Below, piece after piece: positions 1 through 9,348 of a stretch of DNA of 22,795 nt. Every line of letters begins with the position of its first letter. The stretch's first letter is position 1. The position numbers and the translations under genes are program-made. The notes beneath the pieces were generated by a model. The model had not been told where the DNA came from. It searched no databases and saw only the letters and a list, made by a program, of their open reading frames with translations. The DNA comes from Armatimonadota bacterium (GTDB lineage Bacteria; Armatimonadota; Armatimonadia; Armatimonadales; Armatimonadaceae): NCBI GenBank assembly GCA_043754515.1, contig JAYUUO010000283.1, positions 1 through 22,795 on the forward strand, in the 5' to 3' direction.

Positions 1-229
1 GAGTTTTCATTCCCGTGTGCTACCCGATTTTTACGTCTTCCTTTTTGGAAATATATGATTATTTGCTAAACCAGTTTCACCAAATGCGCGGATGAACCAA
101 AGAATTGAACCACCTCACGCCGCGAGGAAGTGAGCCATCCCCGCCCGCGCTTGGCAATTGTTCCGCCCCTTTTACCGGCAGGTTTGTCGTCGGGTGGGCG
201 CGACACGGCCCGCTTGCCGTGCCACCGCT

Positions 230-2950
230 CTAGCTCGCCACGATGTTGACTAGCCTGCCCGGTACGACGATCACCTTGCGCACCGTCTTCCCGGCGAGTT
301 CGGCTTGCACCTTCTCCGACGAGAGCGCGGACATTTCGCAGAAGCCCGCGTCCGCGTCCGGGGGGAGCGTTAGTTTGTCGCGCACCTTGCCGTTCACCTG
401 CACGACCACCGTCACCTCCTCGGCGGCGGCGACCGACGCGTCGAAGACCGGGAACGGCTCGCGGTAGAGGAATCGCCCGACACAGCCTAGTTTCTCGAAC
501 AGCTCGTCGGCGGCGTGCGGCGCGAGCGGCGCGAGCAGTTTGCACAGAGTTTCCGCCGCCTCGTGCGCGGCGGGCGAGGCGACGCCGTGCGCCGCGACGA
601 ACTTGCGTAGGCCGTCCGAGAAGATCATCAGGGCCGACACGGCGGTGTTGAAACCGAGCGATTCGATGTCGGAGCCGACCTTCGCGATGGCTTGGTGCGT
701 CTTGCGGCGCAACGCTTTCTCGTCCGGCGTGGCCGCGTCCGCGATCTTCCCCACCCACCCGAGGTCGAACGCGGGCGCGATCTCACAGAGCGTGTCGTAG
801 ACGCGGGCGAGGAAGCGAAACGTCCCGTTCATGCGCGTCTCGTCCCACTGGATCGTGTCCTCGAACGGTGCCTCGAAGCAAACATACAGACGCAGAGCGT
901 CCGCGCCGTACTTCCGCGCGATCTCGTCCGGTGTCACCGCGTTCCCTTTCCCCTTCGACATCTTCAGCCATTGGAACTCGATATGCACCGGCTCGGTACG
1001 CATCGTGCCGTCAGACTGCGGCACCACCCGCTCTGCCGGGAACGCGCCCTCGCGCCTGAACCGCTCTGTCCATTCGGTGAAATCATAGCCGGGCAACTCG
1101 TCGAAGCGGATCGCCTTCTTGTCCGGCGTGTCGGCGTCTACGGGTGTGTACCCGAGTAGCATCCCCTGGTTGCGGAGCGATTGGAACGGCTCGTTTTGCG
1201 ACACCAGCCCCGCGTCGAAGAACACCTTCTGGAAAAACCGCGCGTACAGCAGGTGCCCGACCGCGTGCTCGCGCCCGCCTAGATACCGGTCCACATTCAT
1301 CCAGTAGTCGGACGCCGCGCGGTTCCACGCCGCGTCCGTCTCCCGCGGCGACGTGAAGCGCAGGAAGTACCAGGACGAATCCACGGAACCCGCCATCGTG
1401 TCCGTCTCGCGCTCCGCCGCTCCGCCGCATTTCGGGCAGGTGGTGTTTACGAACTCGGGGATGGACGCGAGAGGCGAGCGACCGTCCGGGCCGGGCTTGT
1501 ACTGCTCAACATCGGGTAGCAGAACAGGCAACTGATCCAGCGGCACCGGCACCTCACCGCAGGCTGCGCAACGGATGATCGGGATCGGCGTCCCCCAGTA
1601 GCGCTGGCGCGAAACTAACCAGTCGCGCAGTCGGTAGTTCGTCTTCGGTTCGCCCCCGCCCTCGCCGACCAACCGCTCGGTAATCCGTGCCGACGCCATT
1701 TTGCAGTCCAAGCCGTCGAAGGGTCCCGAGTTGACTACGAAACCGTCCTTCGACACGAACGCCGTTGTCAAATGGGCACCGTCGGGCGGCGATGCGACCT
1801 CGGCCTTTGTCGCGACCACCACCACCGGTGTCGGCAGACCGTACCGCCGCGCGAAATCGAAGTCGCGCTCGTCGTGCGCGGGCACAGCCATAATCGCGCC
1901 AGTGCCGTACCCAGCCAGCACATAATCCGCGACCCAGATCGGGACCTGATGCCCGTTCACCGGGTTAACCGCGTACGCGCCGGTGAAAACGCCGGTGCGC
2001 GCGCGCCCTTCCGCCATCCGATCCTGATCAGTCAGCCGCGCGGCGCGTTCGCGATAGACTAAAACTTCCTCGCGCTGTTCGGGGGAGGCGATCCGCTCGA
2101 CCAGCGCGTGCTCGGGCGACAACACCACGAACGCCATGCCGTACACGGTGTCCACGCGGGTGGTAAAGACGCGGATTTTCGCGTCGTCGTCGCGCGCGAC
2201 CGCGAGTTCAAACTCGCACCCTTCCGACTTGCCGATCCAATCGCGCTGTTGCGTTTTAACGCCTTCGGGCCAGTCAATCGTATCCAGCCCCGCGAGCAGT
2301 TTGTCGCCGTACTCAGTGATTTTGAGGAACCACTGGAGCATGTCGCGCTTCTCGACCAGCGCGTCGCACCGCCAGCAGTGGCCGTTGTTGACATCCTCGT
2401 TCGCGAGCACGATGTTCTCGTTCGGGCACCAGTTGACCGGGGCGAACTTACGTGCGGCAAGTCCGCGCTCGTAGAGGAGCAGGAACGCCCACTGGTTCCA
2501 GCGGTAATATTCCGGGTCGGTTGAGTTGATCTCGCGGTTCCAGTCGTAGCCGATCCCGAGCAGGCTCATCTGCCGCTTATACTCGCGGGCGAGTAGCGGC
2601 ACGACACTCCGGGGGTTAACACCGCGCTTGATCGCGTCCTGCTCCGCCGGTTGCCCGAACGCATCCCAGCCCATCGGGTGCAGGACGCTACGACCGCGCA
2701 TACTCATGAGGCGGGCGACGACATCGCCGGGCACGTAGTTCTTGCAGTGCCCGATGTGCAGCCCCGACCCGGACGGGTAGGGGAACATGTCGAGCACGTA
2801 GTATTTAGGACGGTCGGGGTCCTCGGCGGCGTGGTAGATGTCGGCGTCGCGCCATCGGGCTTGCCATTTCTCCTCAATGCTTTGGAAAAGGTCGGGGTAG
2901 CGGACGCCGGAAATGTCGCCCGGCGCGGTGTCGTTGCTGGTGTTGATCAT
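230..2950 (-). CDS. leuS: Leucine--tRNA ligase
   Basis: YYVLDMFPYPSGSGLHIGH (HIGH), GWDAFG, editing domain GTGAIMAVPAHDERD, RDWLVSRQRYWGTPIP, KMSKG and C-terminal VQVNGKVR. The ORF-track extension to 3574 overlaps prfA, so the likely start is ATG at 2950 (MINTSND). Confidence 0.97.
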   Translation of the reverse strand: MINTSNDTAPGDISGVRYPDLFQSIEEKWQARWRDADIYHAAEDPDRPKYYVLDMFPYPSGSGLHIGHCKNYVPGDVVARLMSMRGRSVLHPMGWDAFGQPAEQDAIKRGVNPRSVVPLLAREYKRQMSLLGIGYDWNREINSTDPEYYRWNQWAFLLLYERGLAARKFAPVNWCPNENIVLANEDVNNGHCWRCDALVEKRDMLQWFLKITEYGDKLLAGLDTIDWPEGVKTQQRDWIGKSEGCEFELAVARDDDAKIRVFTTRVDTVYGMAFVVLSPEHALVERIASPEQREEVLVYRERAARLTDQDRMAEGRARTGVFTGAYAVNPVNGHQVPIWVADYVLAGYGTGAIMAVPAHDERDFDFARRYGLPTPVVVVATKAEVASPPDGAHLTTAFVSKDGFVVNSGPFDGLDCKMASARITERLVGEGGGEPKTNYRLRDWLVSRQRYWGTPIPIIRCAACGEVPVPLDQLPVLLPDVEQYKPGPDGRSPLASIPEFVNTTCPKCGGAAERETDTMAGSVDSSWYFLRFTSPRETDAAWNRAASDYWMNVDRYLGGREHAVGHLLYARFFQKVFFDAGLVSQNEPFQSLRNQGMLLGYTPVDADTPDKKAIRFDELPGYDFTEWTERFRREGAFPAERVVPQSDGTMRTEPVHIEFQWLKMSKGKGNAVTPDEIARKYGADALRLYVCFEAPFEDTIQWDETRMNGTFRFLARVYDTLCEIAPAFDLGWVGKIADAATPDEKALRRKTHQAIAKVGSDIESLGFNTAVSALMIFSDGLRKFVAAHGVASPAAHEAAETLCKLLAPLAPHAADELFEKLGCVGRFLYREPFPVFDASVAAAEEVTVVVQVNGKVRDKLTLPPDADAGFCEMSALSSEKVQAELAGKTVRKVIVVPGRLVNIVAS

Positions 2951-3083
2951 AAGTTGTTCTTTGTCGCGCGGCGGCTCCGGTGAAGCCTGCGCCCCGGACA
3001 GTCCGTCCATTATATCGCCCGCCGCGCCCGGTCGAATGCAGGGCGATTGCGTTATAGCTATGTTGCTAACACGACGTATATTA

Positions 3084-3117
3084 GTGGATGGCGGACGGCG
3101 AGCCGCCCGCCATCCAC
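3084..3117. promoter_or_regulatory. Strong hairpin in the divergent leuS/prfA intergenic region
   Basis: GTGGATGGCGG (3084-3094) is the exact reverse complement of CCGCCATCCAC (3107-3117), with an inner CGG/CCG stem. Function unknown. Confidence 0.45.
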
Positions 3118-3185
3118 CGGAACCGCCCGCCGCCCGCCCCGCCCCAGGGTGACACACGGCCAGGGTGATATACTGGTATCTTGTT

Positions 3186-4244
3186 ATGCTCGAAAAACTG
3201 CTTGATGTGGAACGCCGGTACGAATCACTCGCCGCGCGAATGTACGACCCGACTCTCGCCCCGCGGGCGATGATCGCGCTGACGCGTGAACACGCCGCGC
3301 TGACGCCGCTGATGGAGAAACTGCGCGAATATAAAGGTGTCTTACGGGGCATTGAGGACGCTGAGGAGATGACGTCCGAGCCGGACATGAAGGAACTGGC
3401 GCAGGCGGAACTCGCCGCGCTTAAACCCCGCGTCGTGCCGCTCGAAAAGGAACTCCGCATCCTGCTCCTGCCCAAAGACCCCGCCGACGACAAGGATGTG
3501 ATCATGGAGTTCCGTCCCGGCACGGGCGGCGACGAGGCCGAACTCTTCACCGGCGAGTTACTGCGTATGTACATGCGCTACGCCGAGCGGCGCGGCTGGA
3601 AGCCGGAATTGATCTCCGCGCAGGAGACCGGCATCGGCGGTGTTAAAGACGCGCAACTCTCCATTCGCGGCGAGGGCACCTACTCGCAAATGAAGTTCGA
3701 GGGCGGCGTACACCGCGTGCAACGGGTCCCGGCGACGGAGAGCGGCGGGCGCACGCACACGTCCACCTCCACGGTCGCGGTGATGCCCGAGGTCGAGGAG
3801 GTGGAAGTCGTCATTGACAAGAAAGATTTGAAAATGGACTACTACCTGTCGGCGGGCGCGGGCGGCCAGAACGTGCAGAAGAACGAGACGGCGGTGCGCA
3901 TCACGCACCTACCGACCGGTATCGTGGTCGCGTGCCAGGATCAACGTTCCCAACTCCAGAACCGCGAGCAGGCGATGCGCGTGTTGCGGGCGAAACTGCA
4001 CGACATCGAGGTGGCGAAGCAACAGGGTTCGGAGCAGGACAAACGCCGGTTGCAGGTCGGTTCGGGCGACCGTTCCGACAAGATACGCACCTACAACTTC
4101 CCGCAGGATCGGCTAACCGACCACCGCATCGGCCTGACGGTACACGGCCTGAACCAGGTTATGGACGGTGATTTGCAGGGGATCATCAACGCGCTGGTGA
4201 CCACGGATCAGGCGGACCGCCTTCAGGACGGCGAGAGTATTTAG
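3186..4244 (+). CDS. prfA: Peptide chain release factor 1
   Basis: GTGGDEAELF, FEGGVHRVQRVPATES (PxT motif of RF1), GAGGQ, RSQLQNRE, GDRSDKIRTYNFPQDRLTDHRI. ATG 3186 is preferred over GTG 3165 because TATACT lies at 3169-3174. Confidence 0.97.
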   Translation: MLEKLLDVERRYESLAARMYDPTLAPRAMIALTREHAALTPLMEKLREYKGVLRGIEDAEEMTSEPDMKELAQAELAALKPRVVPLEKELRILLLPKDPADDKDVIMEFRPGTGGDEAELFTGELLRMYMRYAERRGWKPELISAQETGIGGVKDAQLSIRGEGTYSQMKFEGGVHRVQRVPATESGGRTHTSTSTVAVMPEVEEVEVVIDKKDLKMDYYLSAGAGGQNVQKNETAVRITHLPTGIVVACQDQRSQLQNREQAMRVLRAKLHDIEVAKQQGSEQDKRRLQVGSGDRSDKIRTYNFPQDRLTDHRIGLTVHGLNQVMDGDLQGIINALVTTDQADRLQDGESI

Positions 4245-4260
4245 GCGCGCCGAACGGCAC

Positions 4261-4285
4261 GGCGGGCTGGCAAACCTGCCTTTAT
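4261..4285 (+). terminator. Possible intrinsic terminator after prfA
   Basis: GGCGGG-ctggcaaa-CCTGCC stem (one G-U pair) followed by TTTAT, between convergent genes. Confidence 0.4.
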
Positions 4286-4286
4286 A

Positions 4287-4649
4287 CTACCGCGATTGCC
4301 TGGCTTTGTCCGGCACCGGAAGAACCTTCGATTTATCCGCCCGATAGAGACAATCCTTCTGGTAGATGATGTTACTGCCTTTGTCCATAAGGCAGATGAC
4401 CATCCAGCACATCTTTTCCTGGTCAGGGAGCGTGTATTCGTTTCTGTAGATCCGCACCGATTCGGGGAGTTTGCCGCTCGCGCTCAAGGAACGAACTGCC
4501 GCGTCTAAATCAGGCGTCAAAGGAACTAGCTCCGACAGTGATAAGCCGCGTGCCGACACGATCCGCTCGACCCTGCGGGGCGAGCCGCTCAGGCTGGCGA
4601 AGGTCTGTTGCCAGTCCGCAAGTAGGTCCATCACCGGGTATAGCGGCAT
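4287..4649 (-). CDS. Hypothetical protein (about 114-120 aa)
   Basis: Open frame with globular-protein-like composition filling the gap after prfA. No family recognised; the start may be the Met of MDLLADWQQ. Confidence 0.5.
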   Translation of the reverse strand: MPLYPVMDLLADWQQTFASLSGSPRRVERIVSARGLSLSELVPLTPDLDAAVRSLSASGKLPESVRIYRNEYTLPDQEKMCWMVICLMDKGSNIIYQKDCLYRADKSKVLPVPDKARQSR

Positions 4650-4692
4650 TTGTAGTCACGCGGACGGCTCGATTGCGATCCGCGTTTGGCGA

Positions 4693-4747
4693 TGGGCGGG
4701 CCGCTTGTATTGGGGCGGGCCGCTTGTATTGGGGCGGACCGCTTGAT
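4693..4747. repeat. 19-bp tandem repeat, about 3 copies (GGGGCGGGCCGCTTGTATT)
   Basis: Copies at 4693-4711, 4712-4730 and a degenerate one at 4731-4747, with no spacers. Confidence 0.85.
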
Positions 4748-5014
4748 AGATTGTGGCACGTTCGCTCGCACCTTATCAAGCTGTTACCGTATATTTTTCA
4801 AGTCTCTGAAGACGGGGCGATCTACGGGAACAGTGCCACTAGTTGCCGACACTTTCGGCGTGATCTGCGTTGCAACGGACGCGGCGGCGAGTGTATGCCG
4901 TATCGTTTCCGGCTTGTCGGCCGCCCTGACGATCCTTACCCGGCGACGTTTGGGGTACTATTGTCGCGTGGGGCACTTCATTAAGAGTGTCTCGAAAGGA
5001 CAAGATAGAACACC

Positions 5015-5440
5015 ATGATTCGTACGGCGGATGCACAATGGCAGGGTGGTTTGCAGACAGGCACGGGGCACATGAAGACCGGCACCGGCGCGGTAGACCA
5101 GGCGTTCTCGTTCAAGACGCGCATGGGTGACGGCAATGTGGGCACTAACCCGGAGGAGTTGATCGCGGCGGCGCACGCGGGCTGTTTTTCGATGCAACTT
5201 TCCGCGATGCTGGAGCACGCGGGCCATCCGGCGGAGTCGGTCAAAACGTCAGCCAAAGTCCATTTCGACGCGGTGGACGGCGGGTTCGCGATTACGAAGA
5301 TTGACCTGACCACGGTCGGCACCGTGCCCGGCATTACGGCAGAGCAGTTCGATACGTTCGCGCAGGATGCCAAGGTCAAGTGTCCGGTCAGCAAGGCACT
5401 TTCGGCGGTCGAGATCACGCTCGCCGCTAGTTTGGCGTAG
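5015..5440 (+). CDS. osmC: OsmC family peroxiredoxin
   Basis: AQWQGGLQTGTG, FSFKTR, GTNPEELIAAAHAGCFSM and KCPVSKAL; both catalytic cysteines present. Confidence 0.95.
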   Translation: MIRTADAQWQGGLQTGTGHMKTGTGAVDQAFSFKTRMGDGNVGTNPEELIAAAHAGCFSMQLSAMLEHAGHPAESVKTSAKVHFDAVDGGFAITKIDLTTVGTVPGITAEQFDTFAQDAKVKCPVSKALSAVEITLAASLA

Positions 5441-5481
5441 GAGTAAGGGGTGGTTGCGGCGGGGGGGCGGGGTGAGCGAGC

Positions 5482-5531
5482 GGGCCGTCCCCTCTCGCGA
5501 GCGGGCACCCGCTCGCGAGAGGGGATGGCCC
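5482..5531. repeat. 24-bp near-perfect inverted repeat between convergent genes (REP-like or bidirectional terminator)
   Basis: GGGCCGTCCCCTCTCGCGAGCGGG (5482-5505), CA, CCCGCTCGCGAGAGGGGATGGCCC (5508-5531); one G-T mismatch. Confidence 0.8.
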
Positions 5532-5650
5532 ATCGCCCGCCGGGAATGCGAACAATCTATCGCCCGCTCCCGCCAGCGCAATCTCACCAAAGGTAGCCAA
5601 ACAAACAAGGCGGCGCGGTCACACCCGCGCCGCTCCGCCCACATACCCCG

Positions 5651-6268
5651 TCAGCCGATCAGGCGGGCGGCGACGCGCGCCATGCTCTCGCCCGAGACGG
5701 CGAAGTTCCAGGCGGCGGCGCGGATCATGCGTTGCACCGTCGGCGTGAAGTAGGGGTTCCACTCGCCGGTGCGTATCCCCTGCTCGACCTGCGCCCGCAG
5801 GGCGTCCACGGTTCGGTAGGCTTGCGCGGATTGCGTCGCCGCCATCTCGTCACCCGTCTGCACGGCGTACGTCGTGCGTTCCGCGACCGCGACCACCGCC
5901 TCCGCCATCGGCGCGAGTAACCTCAGAGCATCCTCGCCGCAGTCGGCTTCCTGCTGAAAGAGAAAGGCGAGTTGCACCGCCTGCCGCGCCCCCCGTCCCG
6001 CTGTCCGCAGGTCGCCGCTCATCTTCATCGTGCTGGCGACGATTTCGGACTGGGCGGTAGAAAGATGTGAGTTGGCGAGAAAGCCGCGCGCGGCGGCCTC
6101 GACCGCGTCGGCGAGCGGGCCGTAGCCAGGCATCGTGCCGATGGTCCAGAGGTCCTCGCCGTTGTAGTGTTGCGCGGTCTTGTTGAGGGCGTCGGCACAG
6201 GCGAGCGTGAGGGTGGCCAGGTCACGGCGCAGGTGCGACAGGTCTGCGGTGAACGGATCGTCCTTCAT
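5651..6268 (-). CDS. Divergent PhoU-like helical-bundle protein
   Basis: About 205 aa, all-helical. FTADLSHLRRDL, IVASTMKMSGDLRTAG, LAPMAEAV, GDEMAA...RTVDAL and AVSGESMARVAARL align by eye with the two PhoU repeats. Start at ATG 6268 or 6343. Confidence 0.6.
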   Translation of the reverse strand: MKDDPFTADLSHLRRDLATLTLACADALNKTAQHYNGEDLWTIGTMPGYGPLADAVEAAARGFLANSHLSTAQSEIVASTMKMSGDLRTAGRGARQAVQLAFLFQQEADCGEDALRLLAPMAEAVVAVAERTTYAVQTGDEMAATQSAQAYRTVDALRAQVEQGIRTGEWNPYFTPTVQRMIRAAAWNFAVSGESMARVAARLIG

Positions 6269-6439
6269 CGACGCGTTCACCCGGCGTACCGCGCCCCGGT
6301 TCGGCGACGTTGTTATCGGATCATTTGTTAAGACGGACAGCATAAAACATTCCTCGGCACACGAGCAGCCCCGAGCCACGATTTTTCTGTGATGTGTCTG
6401 CAAGAAGCGTGCCGCGCCGTGAAATACTTCCGGGTACTC

Positions 6440-7147
6440 TTACCGCTTTTTGCCAGTCCTATCCTCAATATCGGTCAAAGAGCCGTCGCGCAATAGGATG
6501 ATCGCGTCGGAATCTTGCAACATGTCGCCGTCATGGGTCACCACGACCACGGTGCCGCCCTTCTCGCGCCAGCCCGATAACGCCTCGATCACCCGGAACC
6601 CGTTCACCCGGTCCAATGCCGCCGTCGGCTCGTCCGCGAAAATGACGTCCGGCTCGTTCATCATCGCCCGCACCACCGCGACGCGCTGTTTCTCGCCGCC
6701 CGAGAGTTGCGACGGCTGTTTGTTCTCCAGGCCCGCCATGCCGAGGTGCGCTAGCAACGCCATCGCTTTGTCACGCGCGGCACCGTCCACGCGCGGCGCG
6801 GCGGCGACGATGTTCTCCAGCGCGGTCAAGTACGGGAGCAGGAACGGTTGCTGAAAGACGAACCCGAACCGTTGCCGCCGCAGATCCGTCACTGCCGTTT
6901 CCGAGTTGCGGTTATACACGAAGCCCCCGAACCGCGCTGAGCCGTGCGTTGGCGGCTTTAAGCCGGATAGGACATACAACAGCGACGATTTGCCAGAGCC
7001 GGACGGTCCCATGATGCCGTAAAACTTGCCCGGCGGTAGCGACACCGACACTTCCTTCAGCGCGAACGTCGTGCGCCCGGCGTCGAAATACTCTAGCGTC
7101 GCGCCCTCACAGGCGAGAGTGCGCTCCGCAACAGTTCGGTCGTTCAT
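6440..7147 (-). CDS. ABC transporter ATP-binding protein (LolD/MacB/FtsE-like)
   Basis: Walker A GPSGSGKS, Q-loop FVFQ, signature LSGGEKQR, Walker B IFADEPT, H-loop VVVTHD. ATG 7147 lies 1 nt after the permease stop. Confidence 0.95.
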   Translation of the reverse strand: MNDRTVAERTLACEGATLEYFDAGRTTFALKEVSVSLPPGKFYGIMGPSGSGKSSLLYVLSGLKPPTHGSARFGGFVYNRNSETAVTDLRRQRFGFVFQQPFLLPYLTALENIVAAAPRVDGAARDKAMALLAHLGMAGLENKQPSQLSGGEKQRVAVVRAMMNEPDVIFADEPTAALDRVNGFRVIEALSGWREKGGTVVVVTHDGDMLQDSDAIILLRDGSLTDIEDRTGKKR

Positions 7148-7148
7148 A

Positions 7149-8309
7149 TTAGCGTCTCTCAATAATAGTCACCGGGTCGAGTTTCATCAGCCGGTACGCG
7201 ATGGTCGTCACCGCGAACACCGTGATTGCGAACGGGATCGGGATCGTCCACTTATAGGCGTACAGGTCGCGCGGATTAATGATCAGCCCGCGCGGCTCGA
7301 ACACGGCGGTCTTGAAAATGGTCAGGAACACCACCGTGACGATGGCACCGGCGGCCCAGCCGATGGTGGTCAGGAGCGCGGTTTCGAGCACGATCCGCCC
7401 CACCAGTTGCGAGCGCCGGTAGCCGATAGCGGACAGCACCGCGAACTCCGAAATACGCTGCGTGAAGTAGATGTTCGCCAGCATCCCCGACATCAGCGAG
7501 ATCACGAAGATCACGGTGCCGTTCACGACGCCCATTATCAGGAACATGGAGGAGAGCGAGTCGCGCAGTTCGGCGACCAGATTCTGATACGACAGCAGGT
7601 TCAGCTTCTTGGGGTCGAGTTTGCCGAGTTCCTTGTGCTGATTCGGGAGCATCGTGGTGTTCACCGCGAACAGGTCGGCGGGGTTTTTGGTCGTGTAGAT
7701 GATCGTGCGCGGCGTGGTAATGAACGTCGTGTCGCAGAACGATTTCGTCGTAACGGCAAACCAGGTCGGTCCTTTCAGGATGCCGACGCACCGCACTGGG
7801 ACGGGCGAACCGGAGATCCCCCCGGCGTCGGTCGGCCCCGCGATAATGTCGCCGACCTTGACGTGCTTGTTTTGCGCGAGCGGCTCGGACAGCGCGGCTT
7901 CGGGCATTCCTTCGGCGGGCAGGCGGCCCGACTGGAGACCGGTGCCGATCCGGTTCAGCAGGTAGTCGCGGTTGTCCGCCGTGATGCCGAGCACCACGAA
8001 CGGGAACCGCCCCATGACGGTTTTGATGTTGGTGAAGAAAACGCTCCCTTCGAACACGCGGTCTATGCGTGGGTCGTTTCGCATCACTTTAACTTGATCG
8101 TCCGGGATGCGGAGCGAGACGCGTTGCGGGATGGCATACGTGAACGAGCGGGTGTAGCCGTAAATCGTCAGAATCGTCAGGTCAATCGAGTTGACCATGG
8201 TGGCGATTGACGCGATCAGGAACACACACAGCACGATCACGAAGCCCATCGGCAAGACCTTGCCGGGGTTCCGCTGGAAGTAGGTGACGGGGGATAAAGG
8301 GTTACGCAT
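7149..8309 (-). CDS. ABC transporter permease, FtsX/MacB family
   Basis: N-terminal TM, large extracytoplasmic domain (SGRLP..GMPEAALS, VKVGD), three C-terminal TMs, QRISEFAVLSAIGY and LDPVTII motifs. Likely start ATG 8309 (MRNPLSP). Confidence 0.9.
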   Translation of the reverse strand: MRNPLSPVTYFQRNPGKVLPMGFVIVLCVFLIASIATMVNSIDLTILTIYGYTRSFTYAIPQRVSLRIPDDQVKVMRNDPRIDRVFEGSVFFTNIKTVMGRFPFVVLGITADNRDYLLNRIGTGLQSGRLPAEGMPEAALSEPLAQNKHVKVGDIIAGPTDAGGISGSPVPVRCVGILKGPTWFAVTTKSFCDTTFITTPRTIIYTTKNPADLFAVNTTMLPNQHKELGKLDPKKLNLLSYQNLVAELRDSLSSMFLIMGVVNGTVIFVISLMSGMLANIYFTQRISEFAVLSAIGYRRSQLVGRIVLETALLTTIGWAAGAIVTVVFLTIFKTAVFEPRGLIINPRDLYAYKWTIPIPFAITVFAVTTIAYRLMKLDPVTIIERR

Positions 8310-8388
8310 TCCGTTTTGTATTAACGGGGTTTTGCCGCACACCGTTCCCACGCGAACCCGATACCGGTTATCGGCTTCGCGCGCCCTC

Positions 8389-9240
8389 TTAACCGTGAGC
8401 GCGCCCGTCACGCGTCACGCGGCGGAAGTCTCGCGGGCTGTATCCGGTCCACTTTTTGAAGCGTAGGGTGAAGTAGAATGGCGACGCGAACCCGACCTCC
8501 TCCGAAATCGCGGTCACGGAGCGGCTCGTGAGCGTGAGCAACTGGCGTGCGCGTGCCATGCGCTCGTCCTCCTGAAACTGCCCCGGCGTCCGTCCCGTCC
8601 GGGCTTTGAACAGGTGCGACAGGCGCGACGCCGACAGGTTCACGGCGCGGGCGAGTTCGGCAAGTGACACCGGTTCGGCCAGCCTCTCGCCCCGGAGCAG
8701 TTCCATAGTCTTCGAGATACGCTCATCGCCCGCCGTCCGCGCGGACGCGAGCGGGTTTGCGGCGTCACAGTGGAGCAGCGCGGCTTCCAGGGCGTTCATC
8801 GCGAAGTCTACGCGCCGTGCCAGTCCGCCGTTCGCGTACCCGTTCGTCGCCTCCATCGCGCCCTCTACCGCGCCCCGCTCGGCGTTGCCTCTGCCCAGGG
8901 GTAGCAACGCTATCCCCAGCGCGGCTTCGGGGAGACAGGCGATCCACTCCTGCCAGAGCGGACGCGGCAGGAAATGCGCCCAGAGAAGTTCCCATCCGTC
9001 CGCGCCGCGCGCCGTTCCGTAATCGTGCGGCGTATCCGGGCGGATTATGATGAGATCACCGGGGCTGGCGACAATCTCGCCTTTCGCGTGCCCGAACCGC
9101 CCGCTACCGCCGATTGTCAGGATCAGAAGGTAGTCCTTCGTGCCTGCGGCGCGCCACGTGTTGTAACCCGGCCCTTCGGCGAACCGACCGGTTACTATAG
9201 GAGTGACATAGGGTGCCAGGGTGATGACATGTTCGGGCAT
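8389..9240 (-). CDS. AraC family transcriptional regulator
   Basis: N-terminal cupin/AraC-binding domain (PGDLIIIRPDTPHDYG) and C-terminal double HTH (LSASRLSHLFK, VGFASPFYFTLRFKKWTGYSPRDFR). Start 9240 or 9246. Confidence 0.95.
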   Translation of the reverse strand: MPEHVITLAPYVTPIVTGRFAEGPGYNTWRAAGTKDYLLILTIGGSGRFGHAKGEIVASPGDLIIIRPDTPHDYGTARGADGWELLWAHFLPRPLWQEWIACLPEAALGIALLPLGRGNAERGAVEGAMEATNGYANGGLARRVDFAMNALEAALLHCDAANPLASARTAGDERISKTMELLRGERLAEPVSLAELARAVNLSASRLSHLFKARTGRTPGQFQEDERMARARQLLTLTSRSVTAISEEVGFASPFYFTLRFKKWTGYSPRDFRRVTRDGRAHG

Positions 9241-9348
9241 AGCCATATATTATAGGTACGCGACCGGTTCCGCTATGGACGACGGTGCCGGGCGTAGCGT
9301 ATCATTCTAATCAACAACCGTGCGACACCGAAAGGTTTACGAACACCG

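Noticed and set aside
2951..3185. T-box riboswitch upstream of leuS
   Set aside because: No T-box consensus (AAGGTGGTACC-like) and the apparent leader is short.
2951..3574. 208-aa N-terminal extension of the 1114-aa leuS ORF
   Set aside because: It is mostly antisense to prfA and Ser/Arg-rich shadow sequence; LeuRS homology starts near 2950.
4693..4747. Possible CRISPR array
   Set aside because: Head-to-tail 19-mers without spacers, and no cas genes.
4686..5018. 110-aa and 148-aa plus-strand ORFs upstream of osmC
   Set aside because: They run through the tandem repeat, have no recognisable motifs and lack a credible start.
8351..8381. Hairpin CGCGAACCCGATA..TATCGGCTTCGCG as an araC terminator
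   Set aside because: The stem is real but has no U-tract, so its function cannot be supported.
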